64,000 nucleotides of DNA from an uncultured Gemmatimonadales bacterium. GTDB taxonomy: Bacteria; Gemmatimonadota; Gemmatimonadetes; Longimicrobiales; Longimicrobiaceae. Below, one piece after another: positions 50,329 through 58,862 of the stretch (positions within the stretch are counted from its first letter, which is position 1; every line of letters begins with the position of its first letter). The stretch spans positions 1,696,001-1,760,000 of the forward strand of contig OY970303.1 of the NCBI GenBank assembly GCA_963716255.1, written 5' to 3'. Under the pieces are notes generated by a model that saw only the letters and a program-made list of their open reading frames with translations, was not told the DNA's origin and did no database searches. The position numbers and the translations under genes are program-made.

Positions 50329-52341
50329 TCAGCGCGCCCCGGCTTCCGCCACCGTCCTGCCACCCGCCCCGCCCGCCTCCTCCGCGTCGGGGACGGGGAT
50401 GGGGGCGTGCAGCGCCGGGGCGCCCGGGTGGTCGGTGGCGCGGCGCATGCGCGGCGGGGCGGCGAGCTGCGCCGTGGAGATGGTCTCCGCGTCCAGCGGC
50501 GCCCCGTTCCGGCGCACCACGTACGCTTCCATGGCGTAGTACTCGGGGAGCCCCAGCCGGTCCACGATGCGCGCGGTGGCGGTGTTGCGATCCTGCACCC
50601 GCTGCCAGAACTCGCGGTCGTCCTGTCCCGGGAAGGGCGCCCGGTCCTTCTGGCTCTGGTGCTTGAAGATGGCGAGCGTCTTCAGGGTCAGCTCGTCCTC
50701 GGACATGGGCACCAGCACGTCCGCCTCGGACACGGGCCACTCCTGCCAGGCGCCGCGGTAGTACCACATCTCGGGCTGCTCGCCGGAGTAGCGCTGGAGC
50801 GCCGACTCCACCGCCTCCAGGCACATGCGGTGGGTGCCGTGCGGGTCGGACAGGTCGCCGGCCACGAAGACGATCTCCGGGCGCTCGCGCTCCAGCAGCT
50901 CCAGGGTGATCTCCACGTCGCGCGGGCCGATGGGGTCCTTGCGGACCTTGCCGGTCTGGTAGAAGGGGAGGTTGAGGAAGCACGCCTGCTCGCGCGTCAT
51001 CCCGAAGGTCTCGATGCCGGAGACCGCCTCCGCCTCGCGGATGCGCTGCTTGATCTTGAGCACCTCGGCGGTGTCCACCTGCCCGGGGCGCTTGCCGTCC
51101 AGGAATGCCTCCACCCGGTCGGTGAACTCGCTCACGGTGCCGCCGGCCACGTGGAAGTCGCGGTCGAAGCGGCGCAGGAAGTCCAGGTAGCGCCGCACCT
51201 CGTGGTCGAAGACGGCGATGTTCCCCGAGGTCTGGTAGGCGACGATGATGTCGTTGTCGTTCTGGTGCAGCTTGTTGAGGATGCCGCCCATGGAGATCAC
51301 GTCGTCGTCCGGGTGCGGCGAGAAGACGATGATCTTCTTGCCCGCGGGGAGGCGGCTCCTGCCGCGCACCTTGGACAGCAGCGCGTTGAACACCTCGCCG
51401 TTGAGCGGCCCGGCGGAGCCGTAGCGCGCCACCAGCGCGGACAGGTGGTGCTCGCGGTAGTCGTTGGTGTCCAGCTTGAGGATGGACTTATTCGTCATCT
51501 GGCCGAGCCAGATCACCGCCTCGATCTCCAGCCTGCGGTCCCAGCGCACCTCGCCCACCACCCACGGCGTCTTGATGCGGGTGAGCTCCGCCGCCGCCGC
51601 CGGGTCCAGGTAGAAGGTGGCGTCGGGGTGGTCCTGGAGGTAGGTGGCCGCCACGTCCGGGTCGGGCTCGCCCTCCACGGCGCGGCGCACGATGGCGGCC
51701 TTGTGCTCGCCGGTGGCGATCAGCGCGATCTGGCGGGCGTCCAGGATGCTGGCGACGCCCATGGTGATGGCCTCCATGGGGACGTTGTCCTCGCCGAAGA
51801 AGTCGGCGGCGGCGTCGCGGCGGGTCACCGTGTCCAGCGCGAGCAGGCGGGTGCGCGACTCCCTGCCGGAGCCGGGCTCGTTGAAGCCCACGTGCCCGGT
51901 CTTGCCGATCCCCAGGATCTGGAAGTCGATGCCGCCGGCGTCGCGGATGGCCTGCTCGTACGCGGCGCAGTGCGCCTCCACCTCCGCGCGCGGCACGTCG
52001 CCGCGGGGAAGGTGCACGTTCTCGGGGCGGATGTCGATGTGCTCGAAGAGGTTCTCCCACATGTACCGGTGGTACGAGTGGATGCTCTTCGGGTCCATCG
52101 GGTAGTACTCGTCCAGGTTGAAGGTGACCACGTCCGAGAAGTCGAGGTCCTCTTCCCGGTGCATGCGGATCAGCTCGCGGTACACCCCGATGGGTGTGCT
52201 CCCCGTCGCCAGGCCCAGGACCGGCCTGCCGCCCGCCGCGCGCTTTGCCTGCATCACCTCGGCGATGCGGCGGGCGATGGTGCGCGCGATCTCGTCGTAC
52301 TCGACGATGACGACGGGGACACGCTCTCGGACTTGCGCCAT
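50329..52341 (-). CDS. nagB: Glucosamine-6-phosphate deaminase with a C-terminal PIG-L-like domain
   Basis: LGLATGSTP, TFNLDEYY, GHVGFNEPGS and AITMGV, then SPHPDDDVISMGG and DPHGTH. Confidence 0.93.
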   Translation of the reverse strand: MAQVRERVPVVIVEYDEIARTIARRIAEVMQAKRAAGGRPVLGLATGSTPIGVYRELIRMHREEDLDFSDVVTFNLDEYYPMDPKSIHSYHRYMWENLFEHIDIRPENVHLPRGDVPRAEVEAHCAAYEQAIRDAGGIDFQILGIGKTGHVGFNEPGSGRESRTRLLALDTVTRRDAAADFFGEDNVPMEAITMGVASILDARQIALIATGEHKAAIVRRAVEGEPDPDVAATYLQDHPDATFYLDPAAAAELTRIKTPWVVGEVRWDRRLEIEAVIWLGQMTNKSILKLDTNDYREHHLSALVARYGSAGPLNGEVFNALLSKVRGRSRLPAGKKIIVFSPHPDDDVISMGGILNKLHQNDNDIIVAYQTSGNIAVFDHEVRRYLDFLRRFDRDFHVAGGTVSEFTDRVEAFLDGKRPGQVDTAEVLKIKQRIREAEAVSGIETFGMTREQACFLNLPFYQTGKVRKDPIGPRDVEITLELLERERPEIVFVAGDLSDPHGTHRMCLEAVESALQRYSGEQPEMWYYRGAWQEWPVSEADVLVPMSEDELTLKTLAIFKHQSQKDRAPFPGQDDREFWQRVQDRNTATARIVDRLGLPEYYAMEAYVVRRNGAPLDAETISTAQLAAPPRMRRATDHPGAPALHAPIPVPDAEEAGGAGGRTVAEAGAR

Positions 52342-52445
52342 GTTGTCGCTACCTCGCTGGGTTTGCTGGATGTCTCTCCCGGCCGTGCCTCGCGTGTGTC
52401 GTCGCGCACAAGGTGTGCCCGGTGTCGGAACGGCTTTCAACTGCG

Positions 52446-52535
52446 GGGTCGGGCGTGACCCCGGCGGGCGCCGGGGTCGGGCTGGCGTCGGCGGGCCCCC
52501 TCGGCCCCCTCCCCCGCGAGCGGGAGAGGGGGAGA
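52446..52535. repeat. Internally deleted module A fused to tail plus hairpin
   Basis: GGGCGTGACCCCGGCGGGCGCCGGGGTCGGGCT joined directly to GGCGTC. Confidence 0.7.
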
Positions 52536-52546
52536 ACTGTAAGGGC

Positions 52547-53812
52547 TCACTGGCCGCCGCGGCGGGCCTCCCAGTCGGTGAGCGGCGCGTCGAGCACGGC
52601 GTCCATGACGGCGTCCGCGACGGTGCGGCGCAGGGGGACGTGCTTCTGGTTCTCGGCGGTGGGGTTCACGCGGTTGGTGAGGATGACCACGAAGACGCCG
52701 CGCTCCGGGTCCATCCACAGCGAGGTCCCGGTGTACCCGGTGTGCCCGTAGCTGCGGGGGCCGAAGAAGCGGCCCGCGCTGGAGCGGCCGGAAGGGGTGT
52801 CCCACCCCAGGGCGCGGCTGGAGCCGGCGAACTGCGGCGCGGTCCAGCGCGCCACCGTCTCGGGGCGGAGGATGCGCACGCCGCCGTACTCGCCGTTGTT
52901 GAGCAGCATCTGCGCGAACACGGCCAGGTCGCGCGCGGAGGAAAAGAGCCCGGCGTGCCCCGCGACGCCGCCCAGCGCCCAGGCGTTTGGGTCGTGCACC
53001 TCGCCGTGGATCAGCCCGCCGCGGCTGCGGTCCACCTCGGTGGCGGCGATGCGCGGGCGCAGCGCCGGCGCGGGGCGGAAGCCGGTGTCGTGCATCCCCA
53101 GCGGCCGGAAGATGCGGGCCTCGGTGAACTGGTCCAGCGTCTGCCCGGTGATGTGCTCCACGACGCGCTGCAGCAGGATCAGGTCCCAGTCGCTGTACAC
53201 CGTCTCGGTGCCGGGCGCGTTCTTGAGCGGGCGCTCGTTGATCCTGCGCAGGTACTCGGCCTGCCCGCGGGTGTTCTGGAACAGCGGCGCGAACGCCTCG
53301 AAGCCGCCGCGGTGCGTCAGGATCTGCCGCACCGTGATGGCGGCCTTGAGGGTGTCGGTGAGCTCGGGGACGTAGTACGCCACCGGCCGGTCCAGCTGCA
53401 GGCGCCCCTCCTCCTCCAGGATCATCGCCGCCGTGGTGGTGGCGACCACCTTGGTGAGCGACGCAAGGTCGAAGAGGGTGCTGTCGGTGACCGCGGGCGA
53501 GCCGGGCGCCCAGTCGATGGCGCCGTACCCGCGCTGGTGCACCCGCCGCCCCCAGCGCCCCGCCGCCACCGCGACCGCGGAGGCCGCCCGGTCCGCGACC
53601 GCCGCCCGGGCGATGGAGTCCAGCCGCGCCGGGAGCGCCGCGGCGAGCCCGACCGCCTCCGGGGCGGCGGGGACGAGGACCGCCGCCTCGGCGAGTCGCA
53701 TGGGCGCGGGGGGTGGAGGTGGACTGGGCGGCACGCACGCGCCCAGCGCCAGCAGCGCGCCCTGTGCCACGATGAGCGAACCCGCCCGTACCCGCCGCGC
53801 CGCTGCCGCCAT
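52547..53812 (-). CDS. Serine hydrolase (beta-lactamase/AmiE-like) lipoprotein
   Basis: FDLASLTK (SxxK), YSD, GEVHDPNA, GHAGLFS and GHTGYTG motifs. Confidence 0.88.
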   Translation of the reverse strand: MAAAARRVRAGSLIVAQGALLALGACVPPSPPPPPAPMRLAEAAVLVPAAPEAVGLAAALPARLDSIARAAVADRAASAVAVAAGRWGRRVHQRGYGAIDWAPGSPAVTDSTLFDLASLTKVVATTTAAMILEEEGRLQLDRPVAYYVPELTDTLKAAITVRQILTHRGGFEAFAPLFQNTRGQAEYLRRINERPLKNAPGTETVYSDWDLILLQRVVEHITGQTLDQFTEARIFRPLGMHDTGFRPAPALRPRIAATEVDRSRGGLIHGEVHDPNAWALGGVAGHAGLFSSARDLAVFAQMLLNNGEYGGVRILRPETVARWTAPQFAGSSRALGWDTPSGRSSAGRFFGPRSYGHTGYTGTSLWMDPERGVFVVILTNRVNPTAENQKHVPLRRTVADAVMDAVLDAPLTDWEARRGGQ

Positions 53813-54037
53813 GCAAGCTCCCTTCGCGTGATCCCGGTTGCGCACCCGCCCCCGGAAGCCCGCGCCGCCCGCCTGCCCACACGCGCCCCTCGCCTGCGGG
53901 CGGGGGCGGTGGGCGCGGACCGGGGTGCGCTGCCGGAGGTGAGGGCATCGTACGCACGCCCGCGGGGTGCGTCAAGGCGGCCCCGGCGCCCCGCGCGGTT
54001 TCGGGAGCGCGAGCCGCGGCATAGGTTGGGGGACACG

Positions 54038-54484
54038 GCGACGGCGGCCCTCACCCGGCTCGCTTGAGGCTCGCCACCCGGGTCCTTCATCCGGTTCACG
54101 CGAAGCGTGAAGCGCCATTCTGGGAGAGGGGGCAACGGCGGTGCCATGCGCAGGACCCGAGCTGGCGCCCGCGGGCCCCCACCCGGCGGCCTGAGAGCCG
54201 CCACCCTCCCCCAATTCTGGGGGAGGGCTTCCTGACCCTCGGGCTCGTCGTGTCATTCTCCCCCTCTCCCGCTTGCGGGGGAGGAGGCCGGGGGGAGGGG
54301 ACCCGCCGTTGCCGTTCCGCAGTACCCACACGATCTGTTCGGGGGGAGACAGCCGGGCAGTTTCGGCTGGCTCCCCCCGGCGGAGGGAAACCCGCCGGCT
54401 GTTTGGCGGGGTTCCCGGAGCCCGCGCAGGAGACGGACGGCACCGCAGTTCAGCAAGCACTGCGTCCGGCTCCGGAGCGGCCCG
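54038..54484. repeat. Composite repeat (B, C, D, E, F)
   Basis: Nearly collinear with 57090-57345. Confidence 0.9.
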
Positions 54485-54518
54485 CCAGAGCCAGACGAAC
54501 CACCCGAACCCACGCGAG

Positions 54519-55745
54519 ATGAAAACGCCGCTGCTCGCCGCCCTGGCCCTGGCCGCCTGCTCCCCCTTGCAGACGCCTCCCCCGACGACGCCGGAGCCGG
54601 ACGTACAACCCGGGATCGAGGTGTTCCTGGCGGACCCGCCCGCCGCGGTGAGGGGGAAGCGGATCGGCCTGATCACCAACCAGACCGGCGTGGACCGCGC
54701 GGGAACGCTCAGCATCGACCGGCTGGCCGCCTCGGACGCGGTGGAGCTGGTGGCGCTGTTCGCGCCGGAGCACGGCATCCGCGGCGCCGCCGCCCCGGGC
54801 GAGACGATCGCCTCGGGAACGGACGAGCGCACCGGGCTCCCCATCCACTCGCTGTACGGCGCCACCCGAAAGCCCACGCCGGAGATGCTGCGCGGCATCG
54901 AGGCGCTGGTTTTCGACATCCAGGACGTGGGGTCGCGCACCTACACCTACGTCTACACCATGGCGCTGGGGATGCAGGCCGCGGCGGAGGCCGGCATTCC
55001 CTTCGTGGTGCTGGACCGCCCCAACCCGGTGGGCGGGACGCGGGTGGAGGGGAACCTGCTGGACACGGCCTTCGCCACCTTCGTGGGGATGTATCCCATC
55101 CCCGTGCGGCACGGGCTGACGGCGGGGGAGCTGGCGAGGCTCTTCCACGCGGAGTTCGGGGTGGGGGCGGAGCCGGTCGTGGTGCCGGCGCGGGGGTGGC
55201 GGCGCGATGCCTGGTTCGACGGCACGGGGCTCCCCTGGGTGGCGCCCTCGCCCAACATCCCGCGGCTGGAAGCGGCGATCCACTACCCGGGCACGGTGTT
55301 CTTCGAGGGGACCAACCTTTCGGCGGGGCGCGGCTCCAGCCACCCCTTCGAGCAGGTGGGCGCTCCCTGGCTGGACGCCCCCGCCGTCGTCCGCGAGATG
55401 AACGCGCGCGCCCTGCCGGGGGTGCGCTTCGAGGCGGTGAGCTTCACGCCGGTCCGCCCGGGCGACGGCAAGTTCGACGGGGTGCCGCTGCGCGGGGTGC
55501 GCCTGGTGGTCACGGACCGCGACGCGTACCGGCCGGTGCGCACCTCGCTGCTGCTGGTGGAGGCGGTATTCCGGCGCCACCGCGACGAGTTTCGCTGGGT
55601 GCCGGCGCACTTCGACCGGCTGGCGGGGACGGACCGGCTGCGCAGGGCCATCGAGGCGGGGACGCTGGGCGAGGAGCTGCGGGCGTGGGACGCGGACGCG
55701 GCGCGCTTCGAGGCCACCCGCGGGCCGTACCTGCTGTACCCGTGA
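54519..55745 (+). CDS. namZ: Exo-beta-N-acetylmuramidase NamZ family (DUF1343) lipoprotein
   Basis: GLITNQTG, FAPEHG, FDIQDVGSRTYTY, LDRPNP and PSPN motifs. Confidence 0.9.
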   Translation: MKTPLLAALALAACSPLQTPPPTTPEPDVQPGIEVFLADPPAAVRGKRIGLITNQTGVDRAGTLSIDRLAASDAVELVALFAPEHGIRGAAAPGETIASGTDERTGLPIHSLYGATRKPTPEMLRGIEALVFDIQDVGSRTYTYVYTMALGMQAAAEAGIPFVVLDRPNPVGGTRVEGNLLDTAFATFVGMYPIPVRHGLTAGELARLFHAEFGVGAEPVVVPARGWRRDAWFDGTGLPWVAPSPNIPRLEAAIHYPGTVFFEGTNLSAGRGSSHPFEQVGAPWLDAPAVVREMNARALPGVRFEAVSFTPVRPGDGKFDGVPLRGVRLVVTDRDAYRPVRTSLLLVEAVFRRHRDEFRWVPAHFDRLAGTDRLRRAIEAGTLGEELRAWDADAARFEATRGPYLLYP

Positions 55746-55771
55746 GGGCCGGTCGGAACGGCTTGAACTGC

Positions 55772-56012
55772 GGATTCGGGCGTGCCCCCCGGCGGGCGCC
55801 GGGGTCGGGCTTCGGCTCCGTAAGCCCGCAAACAACGCGGGCTAACGGAGTCGAGCCCCGGCGGAAACAGCCCCGCCGGGTCTCGCCCCTTCGGGCCGGA
55901 ATCCCTCACGCGGGGGTGGCGCTGGCGTCCACCGGGGCCCCCGCCCGGCCCGCTCAGGCTCGCACGGCTCGCCCCCTCTATCCCCCGTGCCGGGGGAGGG
56001 GGTCGCCGTTGC
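55772..56012. repeat. Composite repeat (A forward, tail, B-like)
   Basis: Matches the other copies. Confidence 0.88.
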
Positions 56013-56121
56013 CGGTCATCCGGGCCCGCGGAACAATTCCCCGTCCGAAGCGGTCCAATTCGCTCCCTCGCTGCCGGCGGCTGCTCCCGCGCCGCCGGAT
56101 TCCCTCCCACAGACACCTGCC

Positions 56122-57087
56122 ATGACGCTCCCGCGCGCTTTCCGCATCGCCCCGCTCGCCCTGCTGCTCGCCGCGTGCGGCAGCGGCGGCTCCCCGGATG
56201 CCATGCAGCAGGAGGAGGCCCTGTCGACCGCGCCGGCGACCGTGGCGCCCACGCCACCCGCGGAGCGGGAGCTGGCCATGGACGCCGCGGCGCCGAAGGC
56301 GCCGGGGGACGCGGCCGGGGGAGCGGAGGGCGGGCAGGCGCAGGGACCCGGCGCGCCGGGCGCCCCCGCCGCCGCGACGGACACGGCGGCCGTCCCCGCG
56401 ATGATCATCCGCACGGGCAACGCCACCGTGCAGGTGGACTCGCTGGAGCCCGCGGTCGCGCGGGTGCGTCAGCTGGCGCAGCGGGTGGGCGGCTACGTGG
56501 CGAACACCTCGCAGCAGGGCGGCGAGCGGGAAACGCGCCAGGCGACGCTGGAGCTGAAGATCCCCGCGCGCCGCTTCGACGAGGCGCTGGGCGGGCTGAA
56601 GCCGCTGGGCGAGGTGGAGTCGGTGAGCGTGTCCACGCAGGACGTGGGAGAGGAGTTCGTGGACGTGAGCGCGCGCGTGGCGAACGCGCGCCGGCTGGAG
56701 GAGCGGCTGCTGGGGCTGCTGGAAAACCGCACGGGGAAGCTGGAGGACGTGCTGGCGGTGGAGCGGGAGCTGGCCCGCGTGCGCGAGGAGATCGAGCGCT
56801 TCGACGGGCGGCTGCGCTTCCTGCGGACGCGGGTGGCGGTCAGCACGCTCACCGTGAACCTGCACGAGCCGCACCCCGTGGTGGGCGACTACCCCGGCGC
56901 GAACCCCATCCTGAGCGCCTTCCGCCAGGCGTGGCGCAACTTCGTGAGCTTCGTCGCGGCGTTCATCGCCTCGCTGGGGATCCTGGTGCCGCTGGGGGTG
57001 ATCCTGTGGGTGCTCTGGCTGCTGCTGCGCCGGCTGCGCTGGCGCAGGCGCCCGCCGCCGCCGCCGGTGGACGCGCCGCGGGCGTAG
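56122..57087 (+). CDS. DUF4349 family lipoprotein
   Basis: Lipobox LAAC, MIIRTG, GGYV, QDVGEEFVD, coiled coil and a C-terminal TM segment. Confidence 0.85.
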   Translation: MTLPRAFRIAPLALLLAACGSGGSPDAMQQEEALSTAPATVAPTPPAERELAMDAAAPKAPGDAAGGAEGGQAQGPGAPGAPAAATDTAAVPAMIIRTGNATVQVDSLEPAVARVRQLAQRVGGYVANTSQQGGERETRQATLELKIPARRFDEALGGLKPLGEVESVSVSTQDVGEEFVDVSARVANARRLEERLLGLLENRTGKLEDVLAVERELARVREEIERFDGRLRFLRTRVAVSTLTVNLHEPHPVVGDYPGANPILSAFRQAWRNFVSFVAAFIASLGILVPLGVILWVLWLLLRRLRWRRRPPPPPVDAPRA

Positions 57088-57089
57088 GG

Positions 57090-57507
57090 ACGGCCCTCAC
57101 CCGGCTCGCTTGAGGCTCGCCACCCGGGTCCTTCATCCGGTTCACGCGAAGCGTGAAGCGCCATTCTGGGAGAGGGGGCAGCGGCGGTGCCATGCGCGGG
57201 CGCCGAGCCGGCGCCCGCGGGCCCCCACCCGGCGGCCTGAGAGCCGCCACCCTCCCCCAATTCTGGGGGAGGGCTTCCTGACCCTCGGGCAGGTCGTGTC
57301 GTGCTCCCCGTCTCCCGCTTGCGGGGGAGGGGGGCGGGGGGAGGGGGCCTCCCGCGGACGCCAGCGCGATGCCCGCGTGAGGGATTTCGGCCCGAAGGGG
57401 CGAGACCCCGCGGCAGTTTGCGGGGGCTCGACTCCGTTGAGCAGCGTTGTTTGCTGCTCTACGGAGCCGAAGCCCGACCCCGGCGCCAGCCGGGGGCACG
57501 CCCGAAC
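57090..57507. repeat. Composite repeat (B, C, D, E, tail, A reverse 57375-57507)
   Basis: Matches the other copies. Confidence 0.9.
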
Positions 57508-57540
57508 CCGGCCGTACATCTGTTCAAGCAGGATCCGACT

Positions 57541-58092
57541 TCAGCCGCCGGACAGCGACAGGTAAAAGAGGGTGGTGTCGCAGGGCGCCCCGTCCGGCAT
57601 CAGGGCATAGCCCGGCACCACCCCCACCCGGGTCCACCCCAGCCGCTCGTACAGGCGCTCCGCGTCGCCGCCGGTGACGGTGTCCAGCACGAGGAGCGTC
57701 CTCCCGGCCTCGCGCGCGGCCTCCGCGACGGCGCGCATGAGGGCGGCGCCGAGCCCCCGCCGGCGCGCCGAGCGGCGCACCAGCATCTTCGCCACCTCGG
57801 CGCGGTGCGGCTGGTTCTCCGGGAGCCCCAGCACCAGCTGCACGGTCCCGGCGATCTCCCCACCGGGCCGGTCCTCCGCGACGAGCAGCACCCGCTCGCC
57901 GGAAGCGACGCCCTCCGCCACGCGGCGCCAGAAAGCATCGGCACGGGCGGGCGCGAGCGGCGCCATGAAGCCCACGGACGCCCCGCCCTCCACGCAGTCC
58001 ACCAGGATCCCGGACAATTCCGCGGCGCGATCCGCGGCTTCCCCCGCCGTGAGCCTGCGGACGGCGAGCGATCCCCCCGCGTCCCCGGTCAC
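57541..58092 (-). CDS. GNAT family N-acetyltransferase
   Basis: DCVEGGASVGFM, NQPHRAEVAKMLV, RRRGLG and LYERLGW motifs. The GTG overlaps the regulator stop. Confidence 0.9.
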   Translation of the reverse strand: MTGDAGGSLAVRRLTAGEAADRAAELSGILVDCVEGGASVGFMAPLAPARADAFWRRVAEGVASGERVLLVAEDRPGGEIAGTVQLVLGLPENQPHRAEVAKMLVRRSARRRGLGAALMRAVAEAAREAGRTLLVLDTVTGGDAERLYERLGWTRVGVVPGYALMPDGAPCDTTLFYLSLSGG

Positions 58093-58718
58093 GGCGCCCT
58101 CCCCCGGTGGCCGGTGCCGCCGCTCGCCCCCGGCGCCGGGTCGGCGGCCAGTGCCACGGCGTAGCGCGTGTCGCGGTCCGCGGGGTTGCGGAAGGCGACC
58201 GGCCCCTCCAGCCGCATCGCCAGGCAGTCCCCCGCGTCCAGGCGGTGCGTGGCCCCGCCGGTGGTCAGCTCCAGCCTGCCCTCCAGCACCCACACCTGCT
58301 GGCCGATCCCGACGGCGCGCGGCGTCCCCGGCGTGTCGTACGCCACGCGGGCGCCGGCCGGGAGGACGACCTCCACCAGCTCGATGGGGGACGGGAAGCC
58401 GGGCGGCGACAGGTTGCGGCGCACGTAGCCCGTTTCCGGGTCGCGCCAGGTGGCCTGGTCCTCGCGCCGCGACAGGGGCGGGGCGTCCGCGCGCGCCTCC
58501 TCGGCGAAGAGCGACGCGAGGGTCACGCCCAGCCCCGCCGCCAGCCGGTCGAGGACCGCGGCCGTGGGGCTGCTCTCGCCGCGCTCGATCAGCGAGATCA
58601 TGGAGCGGCTCACGCCGGCGCGCTCGGCCAGGGCGTCAAGCGTGAGGCCGTGCGCGGCCCGCAGGCCGCGCAGGCGCGCCGCGAGGCGCGCGTTGATGTC
58701 CGGCAGGGTGGATTCCAT
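58089..58718 (-). CDS. XRE-family HTH regulator with a cupin domain
   Basis: LTLDALAERAGVSRSMISLIERGESSPT and a cupin (QQVWVLEG, LDAGDC). Confidence 0.9.
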   Translation of the reverse strand: MESTLPDINARLAARLRGLRAAHGLTLDALAERAGVSRSMISLIERGESSPTAAVLDRLAAGLGVTLASLFAEEARADAPPLSRREDQATWRDPETGYVRRNLSPPGFPSPIELVEVVLPAGARVAYDTPGTPRAVGIGQQVWVLEGRLELTTGGATHRLDAGDCLAMRLEGPVAFRNPADRDTRYAVALAADPAPGASGGTGHRGRAP

Positions 58719-58753
58719 GATAACAGAATACAAATCCATCATACCGGAGTCAA
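58719..58753 (-). promoter_or_regulatory. Sigma70-type promoter, probably giving a leaderless mRNA
   Basis: TTGACT-17 nt-TATTCT-6 nt-ATG. Confidence 0.65.
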
Positions 58754-58816
58754 GCGGAATTCGACCCGCTTCCGTCACCTAGGGAGACGGTGGGTTGGAC
58801 CGCATCCCGTAAACGA

Positions 58817-58848
58817 GACCGGGCGCCCCGCGGATGGGGCGCCCGGTC
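58817..58848. terminator. GC-rich hairpin downstream of the GHL10 gene
   Basis: GACCGGGCGCCCC-loop-GGGGCGCCCGGTC. No clear T tract. Confidence 0.45.
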
Positions 58849-58862
58849 ATGCGTCTCGGTCT

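Noticed and set aside
52547..53812. Antibiotic-resistance beta-lactamase
   Set aside because: The GEVHDPNA/GHAGLFS subfamily and its context point to a cell-wall recycling hydrolase.
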